Notes under the pieces: model-generated
Seen by the model: only the letters and a program-made list of their open reading frames with translations
What the model was told of the DNA's origin: nothing
Database searches by the model: none
Translations under genes and position numbers: made by a program
NCBI RefSeq assembly: GCF_006345805.1
Contig: NC_043015.1
Span: 43,896,001-43,960,000, forward strand
DNA from: Octopus sinensis
Lineage: Eukaryota
Reading direction: 5' to 3'
Length of the DNA stretch: 64,000 nt
In this document: positions 53,193-64,000 of the stretch, one piece after another
Position numbering within the stretch: position 1 is the first letter of the stretch
Layout: each line of letters begins with the position of its first letter

Positions 53193-53694
53193 GAGTGAGC
53201 GAATAGTGGAAAGTGTTTATTTTTTTCAATTGAACTAAGTTTTTTATACCACCTATCGCTTAACGCATGCGCATAAGTGCAATTCCGTGTAATATTCAGG
53301 CTTATTTATGGGACAGATATATTCAGTTTATCTAAAGGTTGTATCATATGTACGGGATATGTTTTTTTGTTTTGTTTGTTCGGGGGGGATGGTAAAATTA
53401 GTGTGAATGTTTATTTTATGAGTGCTGTGCATTAACTCTATAAAATTGGTTGCATAAAGTATATACAGTACCTTAAGTAATCATCGTATTCCAATTTCTT
53501 CCCCTTTTCAATGAAAAGCAGATGAGCGACTGTCTTTCTATACATACACAACACAGGCTACGCTTTCAGGTTTTGGGGACAAAGTTTTCAGAGGTAACCC
53601 AATAGATCTAGCCTTTAATTCCGTGAAATATTCACAGGTCCTGCAAGCATATATAAATAAACGCACGCGCGCGCACACACACTCACATACGTAC

Positions 53695-54216
53695 ACTAGC
53701 AGCATAGCCCGGCATTGCCCGGGTATGTAAGAGCCCCTGGAGCAGACATGATGCTCGCTGTGAATTTTTTTTTAATTCCTGCCAATTTGTGAAAGATATT
53801 GTCGAAAATATGTCATCTTGAATTTGAACGCGATTTCCCAAAATGGCATGATTATCGATTTTTTCTGATGTGGTAAGGTATTGCATAGAAAACTAACGTC
53901 AGAATTAAGTTTCTTAGGGTAACATTAAGCTTCACCATGAGGTTGGTGAAATCGATTGCATGTTGCGAAAACTACAACAGAAATGTGTTGCAAATAAAAG
54001 CTTAGATTCTCGACTCCATGTCGAATTTATCGATTTTTTTCAGAACTGGGGGAACTTTTCAAAATTTTCGCTGCGTTAGTTTTGAATTATGACATTGGGC
54101 TATGTGTGTGTCAAGTTTCATCAGAATCGGTTGAAAGCCGTGGTCAGGGTGAGGGTACAACCAGACAGACACACAGACACACAGACAGACAAACTGCCGT
54201 TTATATAGAGAGAGAT
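53695..54216. mobile_element. Helitron/Helentron-like non-autonomous element, second family
   Basis: ACTAGC followed by the hairpin CCCGGCATTGCCCGGG; AAGTTTCATCAGAATCGG; GACA repeats; TTTATATAGAGAGAGAT end. Confidence 0.6.
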
Positions 54217-54223
54217 GTATATA

Positions 54224-54262
<39 letters not shown>

Positions 54263-54499
54263 TGTGTGTGTGTGTGTTGCTGTATGACCGCAGCTCTTGA
54301 GCTGAAACTAATTAAAGAGTTATCTCTATATATGTATATACTACATAGGTAAACGTTTTTATTTTTCAATCTCTTTCGGAATTACAACAATTGGTGACTT
54401 AGAGTTTTTAACTGCTCTTTCTAGCGAGTTAGATATCCTATTCTTCGGGTATCTCTTTTATGTTATATATTTACATGCATAAATGCATACATATATAAT

Positions 54500-54830
54500 G
54501 TTTCTTTTTAAGTATTTTCATGGACATTGTTCAGCTGAGCTCTCTTCTCAAGTTCCTCCTTTAAGAACTTATCAGAGATCAACTAGACTTGCATCCAGTT
54601 CTCATCGGTATGCTGTACAACCTCCTAAGTTTCGTGAAGCACTTTACAGTACCAGTTTCTTCCCTCACACCTCTAAACTTTGGAATTCCCTTCTACAGTC
54701 TTGATTTCATCTTCAATATGGCCTCCTCCAGTCTTTTAAGTCTAATGTACATCGTCACCTATTCACTTCTGTCTAGCGTCCATTTTATTCTAGTAGTTCC
54801 TACGTTTTCAGTGGTCTAAGGACCTTGTAA
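54500..54830 (+). pseudogene. LINE ORF2 C-terminal relic (CR1/L2/Jockey-group-like)
   Basis: KYFHGHCSAELSSQVPP..RSTR..YSTSFFPHTSKLWNSL, where FF..T..LWNSL is a typical terminal motif. Confidence 0.65.
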
Positions 54831-54971
54831 CGAGCGAATGCTTTATACAACTATTTGACATTAAACCGATGGTTTACAAAATACTTTTCCATAGAGTACA
54901 TATTCGTTAAACATTTCATACAAACAAACATGAATACATACATACTTACATACATGTATATATACATTATG

Positions 54972-55278
54972 TGGAGGCGCAATGGCCCAGTGGTTAGGGC
55001 AGCGGACTCGCGGTCGTACGATCGCGTTTTTTCGATTCCGGACGGGGCGTTGTGAGTGTTTATTGAGCGAAAACACCTAAAAGGTCCACGAAGCTCCGGC
55101 AGGGGATGATGGCGACCCCTTGCTGTGACTCTTTCGCCACAACTTTCTCTCACTTTTTCTTCTGTTGGCCTGCTCGCTTAGCCAGTGGGGTGGCGTCACT
55201 TGAAGGCTAAAAAACAATGCAAAGCGCATTGTGACCAGCGATGTGTAGCAACATCTGATAGCCTAATCGGTCACGGTG
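54972..55278 (+). mobile_element. SINE family C (tRNA-like head), tail type 1
   Basis: TGGCCCAGTGG A box, GACTCGC loop and TTCGATTCC B box. Confidence 0.85.
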
Positions 55279-55497
55279 ATATATACATTATATTCGTGCG
55301 CGTTCACACACACACGAGCGTGCTGGCATATTCACATATTTCGTGTTTTTCCATTCGTCATTTGTTTACTCTTAGGGAGGCAAATAGGCGCTTTCTTTAT
55401 TCCTAACTTTACCTTAACTTATTCACTCAATATCACTTAATGCTTCTATCAGTAACTTGTCCTTATCAGTTTCATACATTTCCCAAATTATGAGATA

Positions 55498-55660
55498 GGT
55501 GCAGGAGTGGCTGTGTGGTAAGTAGCTTGCTAACTAACCACATGGTTCCGGGTTCAGTCCCACTGCGTGGCACCTTGGGCAAGTGTCTTCTGCTATAGCC
55601 CCGGGCCGACCAATGCCTTGTGGGTGGATTTGGTAGGCGGAAACTGAAAGAAGCCCGTCG

Positions 55661-55739
<79 letters not shown>

Positions 55740-55983
55740 GTGTGGTGCGTGTATGTTTGTGTGTCTGTGTTTGTCCCCTGGCATTGCTTGACAACCGATG
55801 CTGGTGTGTTTACGTCCCTGTAACCTAGCGGTTCGGCAAAAAGAGACCGATAGAATAAGTACTGGCTTACAAAAGAATAAGTCCCGGGGTCGAGTTGCTC
55901 GATTAAAGGCGGTGCTCCAGCATGGCCGCAGTCAAATGACTGAAACAAGCAAAAGAGTAAAAGAGTAAATGAGAGTAAAGAGA
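55498..55983 (+). mobile_element. SINE family A, full length
   Basis: Match to the family. Confidence 0.92.
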
Positions 55984-55989
55984 GATAAT

Positions 55990-56172
55990 AACCGTATTTT
56001 AACGTGTATACGAAACCCAATTTTTGGTCAAAAATTAGTTTTAAAAAAGATGGGAGTTTCTTATAGATCGATATTATTATAATCACTTACAAACCCTTTT
56101 TACAAATTTTAAGCCCAAATAGTTTGTGGTTCCTTACACTCGAGAGGTCTTTATAACCGTTAAAATACGGTT
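55990..56172. mobile_element. MITE with perfect 15-bp TIR
   Basis: AACCGTATTTTAACG ... CGTTAAAATACGGTT. Confidence 0.7.
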
Positions 56173-56320
56173 CTAAAATATATAATACGGTAAGTATAAA
56201 AATTAGCGAAAGCGTGTAAGGGAAGTAACTCTAATTATTTCCCTTTACGTTAAAGCTTCGCTGATGTATTTACTTTTAAAGTGTTCAGTACATGTATATA
56301 CAGATGTATATAGATACACA

Positions 56321-56404
<84 letters not shown>

Positions 56405-56880
56405 ATATTTTCGATTAATGGATATATGTTTGGGCTACTTGGTTTCATGCGTAGTCGGGGTATAAAAAATTTAGTACCAAATCCATTTTTTGGTTACTTA
56501 ATAAATTATCATTATATATATATATATATTGGTCGAAAGAAGCCTGTTGTTACATCCTGTTATTATTATTATTATTGTTTTTTGTATTTATATTCGTATT
56601 ATTTTATGTTTTTTGTTTTTGTTTGTATTTATATTCCAGTAACATCGTCCGCTTTTCCGTTCTTGTTTCGTATACATTCGATCCTTTTTCAAGAAATCTA
56701 ATGCTCGTAGTTTAGCTTAGTTTTCTTTGGGGCTGACAGATTGGAGCAATCTCAAGATTAATCAGCCGAAATTGCGAGGATGATCCGGTTCTGGACTGAA
56801 GATTAGAGGCTCCGAATGACCCGTCCGTGTTTTTGTATCGTCTATTTGAATGTTTTGCGTTCTTGTCCCATTTTATATAG

Positions 56881-56946
<66 letters not shown>

Positions 56947-56984
56947 ATATATATTTACACAGTTTGGTTCTTTACATTTTATTT

Positions 56985-57200
56985 GTTTCATTCATTACGC
57001 TGCGGCCGTGCTGGGCACCGTTTTGAAGAAGTTAGTTTAGTTGAACAGATCGACCCCAGTACTTTTATTTATTTTATTTTTTTAAGCTTGGTACTTATCC
57101 TAGAGGAATTCTTTTGTCGAACCGCTAAGTTACGGTGTCGTAAATACACCAATACTAGTTGTTAAGCAGTGATAGGAACAAACACACACACACACATACA
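56985..57200 (-). mobile_element. SINE family A, diverged 3' half
   Basis: TGCGGCCGTGCTGG..GATCGACCCCAG..GAACCGCTAAGTTACG. Confidence 0.75.
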
Positions 57201-57237
57201 CAAATATGTACAAATGTGTGTGTGTGTGTGTGTGTGT

Positions 57238-57302
<65 letters not shown>

Positions 57303-57799
57303 GCCAGGCAGAAAGGCAGACAGACAGACATGCAGAAAGACAGACAGATACATACGTACATACTTACATACATACACACACATACATACATACATACATC
57401 CCCACATAAACACACATACATACATACACATACATTCATACATACATACATACATACATACATACATACAACATACATACATACATACTACATACATACA
57501 TAGAACCCTGACTCATCCTTTCTTTATGAAGAACTGTATTGTTCAATTTTTCATACATTTAAGGGTGTGGCTTGTGAAAACATTGGCCGCTATTTTTAAG
57601 TAATTCGAGTGACAGCCGAACTGTCTGACCCGGCCAAACCTTGTCATGTCTGATAGCCGAATATTAAGATGTGTGGTTTTATGTTAAGAAACCACAACAT
57701 GCATGCTCTTTTGTTTATGCATACGTATAGATGTCAGGAGAAGCTAAAACATTTAAAACAACTGTATAAATTGAATACAACAAATCCACAATATATTTA

Positions 57800-57990
57800 G
57801 TGGAGGCACAAGGTAATGGTGAAACTTCTGCTGACTCTTTCGCCACAACTTTCTTTCACTCTTTCCTCTTGCATCTTGTAGCTCACCGGCGATGGACCGG
57901 CGTCCCGTCCAGGTGGGGAACCTATATGCCAAGGAACCGGGAAACCGGCCCTTATGAGCCAGGCGTGGCTCGAGAAGGAACAAACAACAA
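57800..57990 (+). mobile_element. SINE family C, internally deleted, tail type 2
   Basis: GTGGAGGCACAA start and CTCTTTCGCCACAACTTTCT core, followed by a different tail. Confidence 0.7.
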
Positions 57991-58342
57991 TATATTTAAG
58001 AACTTTGAAATTTAAGTGTAATTCGTTTGGATTATGTTAGTAAAATATTTTGCATTTCAGTAAAGTAAAATTATATACCTAACAATGTTCCTATTATTTG
58101 TAGTTATTCAAAGCAGCCAAATAGGAAAATATTTGACTGAAAATCTTGAGTCAATATTTCAGTTCTAGGTTTTGCTATGCTTACGATGGCCTCTATTGTT
58201 CTTTGAAGTATTATCCGTCGAAATTCTAATAGCTTGACTTGCTTAGTGATAGAAGAGGTTTCCGCCACACATACACACATCGCTACATAATCATCACTAT
58301 GATAAGAATTTATACGAATCTACTACACACACATGTGTGTGT

Positions 58343-58707
58343 GTGGAGGCACAATGGCCCAGTGGTTAGGGCAGCGGACTCGCGGTTTCAATTCCCAGAC
58401 CGGGCATTGTGAGTGTTTATTGAGCGAAAACGCCTGAAGCTCCACGAGGCTCCGGCAGGGATTGGTGGTGATCCCTGCTGTACTCTTTCACCACAACTTT
58501 CTCTCACTCTTACTTCCTGTTTCTGTTGTACCTGTATTTCAAAGGGCCAGCCTTGTCACACTCTATGTCACACTTAATCTCTCCGAGAACTACGTTAAGG
58601 GTACACGTGTCTGTGGAGTGCTCAGCCACTTACACGTTAATTTCACGAGCAGGCTGTTCCGTTGATTCGGATCAACCGGAACCCTCGTCGTCGTAACCGA
58701 CGGGGTG

Positions 58708-58709
<2 letters not shown>
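58343..58709 (+). mobile_element. SINE family C, tail type 3
   Basis: Head and core as at 54972; distinct 3' half. Confidence 0.85.
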
Positions 58710-58794
<85 letters not shown>

Positions 58795-58799
58795 TATTA

Positions 58800-59070
58800 T
58801 ATAGAGGGCATTACTATACATAAATTCCAACGCTAGGAGGGACTCTTAAAGTCAAAACTACCAAAATGAATAAACACCTACTGTGTGTTTATTCATTTTG
58901 GTAGTGTTGACTTTAAGAGTCCCTCCTAGCGTGTGACATTTATGTATAGTAATGCCCTCTATATAATATAAATAAATATATTTAAGAGAAAAATTGATGA
59001 TTTTTTTTATGAGGTCTTTCACGCTAACTACTTGATAAATTCTTATAAAGATTTTATCCTATGTTTAAAT
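58800..59070. mobile_element. Hairpin element in (TA)n: ~160-bp palindrome plus ~110-bp extension
   Basis: ATAGAGGGCATTACTATACATAAAT..AATAAACAC is mirrored by GTGTTTATT..ATTTATGTATAGTAATGCCCTCTAT. Confidence 0.8.
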
Positions 59071-59636
59071 AAAATATATATATATATATACAGAATGAAA
59101 GAGCATGGGCATCAAATAGAGCGTATCACTCATTCGAATTTGCTGCTCCGTCACATATTTTCGTCCGTTAATTCTGCTTAAGGTTTACGTCAAGGATACA
59201 AATGCGTCTTATTACAGTTATTAGAGCTCAAAGAGTAGGTAGTTCAATTAATCAGACAAAGGCAACAGTCATCGTCAACACTGACTGTCGTTCTGTGCTT
59301 TCTGTATGTATATGCTTATTCGTAAGAACCAGTTTGCGCATCCTGTGGGCGTATGATATATGTCAGTTCATGTGTGTGTGGGGGGGGGGGTATACGTTTA
59401 GTATTGATTATAGCAACAAAGTGTACTCAGTACCATAGTAGAGATTAGAGATTAATATATTTTTATTATTATTATTAATATTCTGGTTGACTCAGTCTCG
59501 TATTTCTCTGAGTTTCGTTTGTGGTACACAGAACCCATGCCATTTATACGTTGTAGATTACCTGAAGGCTCTGAGCACATACAGGCGAAACTGAGAGTAG
59601 CAAGAGATTAATTCGACCCAAAAAAATATATATGCA

Positions 59637-59755
59637 AGCGCAGGAGTAGCTGTGTGGTAAGTAGCTTGCTTACCAACCACATAGCTCCGGCTTCAGTTAC
59701 AATGCCTTGTGAGTAGATATGGTAGACGGGAACTGAAATAAGCCTGTCGTATATA
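59637..59755 (+). mobile_element. SINE family A, deleted 5' half
   Basis: Head match. Confidence 0.8.
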
Positions 59756-60003
59756 TATATATATATATATATATAATGAAAAAGTCGAGAGTAAAGGAAT
59801 TTTGTTAACATCTTCGTTCAACTCCATTTTATTTATTTATTCATATATAACACACAAATTTCTGCACATGAACCCGGAGTTCCTACTCTTGGACAGGTCG
59901 CTTCAACCGTGTTTCTGACGTGAATTTGCTACCCTGGTATCGGTTCATCGAATTTCCATGTTGACGGTTAAACATAGGATAATTCATTACATATCGATTA
60001 TAT

Positions 60004-60036
<33 letters not shown>

Positions 60037-60131
60037 GATATATATATATATATTATATATATCTATATATATATATATATATATACTATATATATATATA
60101 TTATATATATATATATATATAATATATATAT

Positions 60132-60330
60132 AGGGAAGAATTCACAAAAAAACAAAAGACGAAGACAGGTGTAGACACCAAACAGATGTATTAGTATAAC
60201 GCTCGGGAAGTGAAAAAATTTTTAACGTTTCGAACCTACGATCTTCCACAGAAAGAAACTCTGAAAGAAACAAGGAGAGATAACAAAGACTGTGTAGTAG
60301 CTAGCGATCTATCATTGCGAAAGCCGGACA
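60132..60330 (-). mobile_element. Penelope-like terminal repeat with degenerate minimal hammerhead
   Basis: Minus 60219-60255 reads CTTT-CTGTGGA-A-GATC GTAG GTTC-GAAACGTTA-AAA. Abuts (TA)n. Copy at 63807. Confidence 0.55.
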
Positions 60331-60885
60331 TATACACAACACTCTTGAAATATCGGTGTGTATGTGTTTAAAATGTGCATGCAAACATGAAACATTTTGT
60401 GTCTAAGAGATTTCTCAAAGATATTTTTTGTGTTAAGATCACAGGGCTTTGCTGAGAATGTCAGTGATCGCCAGGACCGGTGTTCCAAATAAATTTCAGT
60501 TTAGCTTGACTAGCTTTCTCACTAATTAGAAAATGTTTGAAATTTCTCTGTGGGAACTATTTTCAGCTTGACTCAGAATGTTGGGAGTATTCGTCATTGA
60601 GGAGACGAAATAAATTCGAAACACTGCGTTTGATGATCTACTCGCGTTCTGAGCAGAGCCTAATGTTTTACAACACACAAATCTCTTTGGGAGGCTTTTC
60701 TGAGGCAAAATTTTACACTTAATGTTATTCAATGCTTCTTTATACATACCGATATATGTTTATATACATACATGTGTGTATATATATGTATGACAGAAAG
60801 AGAGAGTGATAGGGAGTAAGATACATACGCATACGCATACACATATGCAAATATATGTGTATAAGTGTATGTATATAATACATGT

Positions 60886-61288
60886 ACTCTTTTACTTGTT
60901 CCAGTCATTTGACTGCGGCCATGCTGGAGCACCGCCATTAGTCGAGCAAATCGACCCCAGGACTTATTCTTTGGAAGCCCTAGTACTTATTCTATCGGTC
61001 TCTTTTGCTGAACCGCTAAGTTACGGGGACGTAAAAACACCAGCATCGGTTGTCAAGCGATGTTGGGGGACAAACACAGACACACAAACATACACACACA
61101 TACATATATACATATACACATATACGACCGGCTTCTTTCAGTTTCCGTCTACCAAATCCACTCACAAGGCTTTGGTCGGCCCGCGGCTATAGTAGAAGAC
61201 ACTTGCCCAAGGTGCCATGCAGTGGGACTGAAACCGGAACCATGTGGTTGGTAAGCAAGCTGCTTACCACACAGTCACTCCTACGCCT
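60886..61288 (-). mobile_element. SINE family A, full length
   Basis: Match to the family. Confidence 0.92.
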
Positions 61289-61469
61289 GTATCTATATGC
61301 ATATTATGTATATCTTTGAGGGTATATATATGTGCGTATGTGTGAGTGTGTGTGTGTGTGTGTGTGTGCATGTGTGTTAGAGGGAGAGAGAAAGTAATGC
61401 ACTATGTCTAGCTGTCACATATCTTTCAGCTGACGACAGTTACGCCCCAAAATAGAAAAGTGTATCTCT

Positions 61470-61720
61470 ATCTCTCTCTCTCCTTCCTCTCCTTCACTCT
61501 TAGTCCATCTCTCTCTTTCTCTCTCTCTCTCCTTCCTCTCCTTCACTCTTAGTCCATCTCTCTCTTTCTCTCTCTCTCTCCTTCCTCTCCTTCACTCTTA
61601 GTCCATCTCTCTCTTTCTCTCTCTCTCCTTCCTCTCCTTCACTCTTAGTCCATCTCTCTCTTTCTCTCTCTCTCCTTCCTCTCCTTCACTCTTAGTCCAT
61701 CTCTCTCTTTCTCTCTCTCT
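61470..61720. repeat. Pyrimidine-rich minisatellite, ~48 bp x5
   Basis: Unit CCTTCCTCTCCTTCACTCTTAGTCCATCTCTCTCTTT(CT)n. Confidence 0.92.
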
Positions 61721-61733
61721 GTCTCTGTCTCTG

Positions 61734-61789
<56 letters not shown>

Positions 61790-62378
61790 TATTTTCCCTA
61801 TTTCTCATAACCATATATCCTTTCTCACTCCACTCTCTCTGTCTCTCGCTCTCCCTCTCCCTCATTATTAATCTAATAAGCCGTTTTAATCTGATCAATA
61901 CGATTTACCAGGAAACAGAACAGATATTAATGAAACGTTTTTAAGCGTTGCTCATCAAATTATTTATTTTATTTTTTTCTTTACCTCTTATTACTATTTA
62001 TTGTTATTACTATTTATTTTTATCTGTATCTATTTACTGACACCTCGGTGTTTAGATGTGAATCTGTTGTTGAACATATGCATATGTACGCGTGTGTATG
62101 TGTGTGTGTGTGTGTTTCTGTGTGTGTGTACGTGTAAATATATGCGTGCGTATGTGTGTGGGTATATTTATATATCAGTCATGTAGGTTACCCAGTTTTT
62201 AACCTGGCTTCCCCATTTCTCTCTCTCTCTCCCTCTCTTTATATAATATATATATATGTGTGTGTGTGTGTGTTGTGTGTTATATATATATATATATAAT
62301 TATATATATATATATGTATTATATATGTATACATACGTATATATATATATATATGTGTATACACATACACATACATGC

Positions 62379-62424
<46 letters not shown>

Positions 62425-62507
62425 TATAATATAAATAATATATAAATATATGCATATATACATACATATATGTACATACCTACATATATATGTATATATA
62501 CATGCTT

Positions 62508-62650
62508 ATATGGGTACAAGACATCAAAAAAACGTTGAACATAATGAGAAACGAGAATTAAAGAATATTCCCCTTCATCAGTTGTCCCTGTTTCGTCTAC
62601 TCCGAGTATATTCACACACCCGTCTTCGTCTTTTTGCAAATCCTCACTAT
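62508..62650. mobile_element. Composite of Penelope-like terminal fragments in (TA)n
   Basis: The right end CACCCGTCTTCGTCTTTTTG is the reverse complement of the 60132/63807 terminus. Confidence 0.45.
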
Positions 62651-62695
62651 ATATATATGTATATGTATATGTGTATATATATATACATATATATA

Positions 62696-62739
<44 letters not shown>

Positions 62740-62827
62740 TACATATATATATAATATATATACATATATATATAAATATATATGTATACATATATATATA
62801 TATATATAGTATATACATAATATATAA

Positions 62828-62879
<52 letters not shown>

Positions 62880-62996
62880 GTATGTATGTATGTATGTATA
62901 CATATATGTATATATATATATATAAGGTCTTTTTAATTGCCAATGCACGAAACTCTCGGACGTTGAGTCCCTCTTGCTTCTGCTAAATATTAATAA

Positions 62997-63032
<36 letters not shown>

Positions 63033-63725
63033 ACATGCAGAAACATACACACAGCCACAAACATACATACATACATACATACAAGTGCGTGCATACGTGC
63101 GTGATTGGTTGCCTATATCCGCATATATCAAATTTCGAGTTTGCATGGACGTATAATAATTGTTATTAATCCAATGTATATGAATGTTCATAAAAGCATT
63201 ACGCATATCCCTATCCTTACCAATCTACGCGATTATATATTTATATACATCCGTATAGGTACGTTGCAGCTCTATGTGGAAATAAGGCTACGTGCGTTTC
63301 GTTGCGAAACTGCCAGTCTGATTGTGTATCGATTATAAATTAGCGAATTACTGTAAACAAGAAATAAAAATCTACTTATTAGTCTGGATGAAGCACAGAA
63401 CTGAGGCGTAATTGAAGATACAAATGTATATATGTGTCTATATATATGTGTGCGTGCATGTGTGTGTATGTACATATGCATATGTATATATGTATGTATA
63501 TATAAATATATATATATATATGTAAATATACTAAGCAATAAGGGTTTAGCAACGAGTTGCCTTACCACATACCGAATTTAGAAATAGCAGTCAATGAGGC
63601 TTTTACATGCCGAAGACTACTTGGTGTAATTGATAATTTTTCCAAATTAATTAATTTCACCCTTCATTATACGGATATATGTAATATATATATATATACA
63701 TAAATACATACATACATACACACAC

Positions 63726-63765
<40 letters not shown>

Positions 63766-63806
63766 TATATATATATACATATATTATATATATATATATA
63801 TATATA

Positions 63807-63945
63807 TAGGGAGAGTTTACGAAAAAAACAAAAGACGAAGACAGGTGGTGTACAAAACAAACAGATGTATTAGTATAACGCTCAGGAATAGAAAAAGTCA
63901 TTTACGTTTCGAGTCTACGTTCTTCTACAGAAAGGGACAAAGAAA
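63807..63945 (-). mobile_element. Penelope-like terminal repeat, same family as 60132
   Basis: CAAAAGACGAAGACAGGT..AACAGATGTATTAGTATAACGCTC..ACGTTTCGAG. Confidence 0.55.
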
Positions 63946-64000
63946 AAAAATATATAGATATATGTATATATACGTATATATATGATACCTTAGATAACTT

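Noticed and set aside
54972-55045. tRNA genes at SINE heads
   Set aside because: They lack proper acceptor stems and continue into repeat bodies.
62570-62605. GACGAAAC..CTGATGAAGG on the minus strand
   Set aside because: The boxes are too close for stems III and I in a type II arrangement, and no GAAA follows.

Overview
AT-rich, microsatellite-dense, repeat-dominated animal DNA. The SINE families look like those of Octopus (my recognition, not verified). I see no intact host gene, and nearly all listed ORFs are translations of (TA)n, (CA)n, (TATC)n or (TTA)n tracts. Contents: about 30 tRNA-derived SINE copies, R4/Dong-like LINE relics in (TTA)n tracts, Penelope-like fragments in (TA)n tracts, mariner/MITE/Helentron-like DNA elements, and a 100-N gap. 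The main result is two diverged arrays of a ~490-bp unit (8905-13837 and 48679-50995). Each unit carries a type I hammerhead ribozyme motif with compensatory changes in stems I, II and III between the arrays, a long stem II extension and a candidate pseudoknot. Both arrays sit in (TA)n, are internally inverted and end at nearly the same two positions in the unit. I infer a retrozyme-like (self-cleaving, possibly circRNA-forming) retroelement family inserted by twin priming. A separate palindromic double hammerhead and several minimal hammerhead relics also occur. All structures were folded by eye, coordinates are approximate, and activity is untested.
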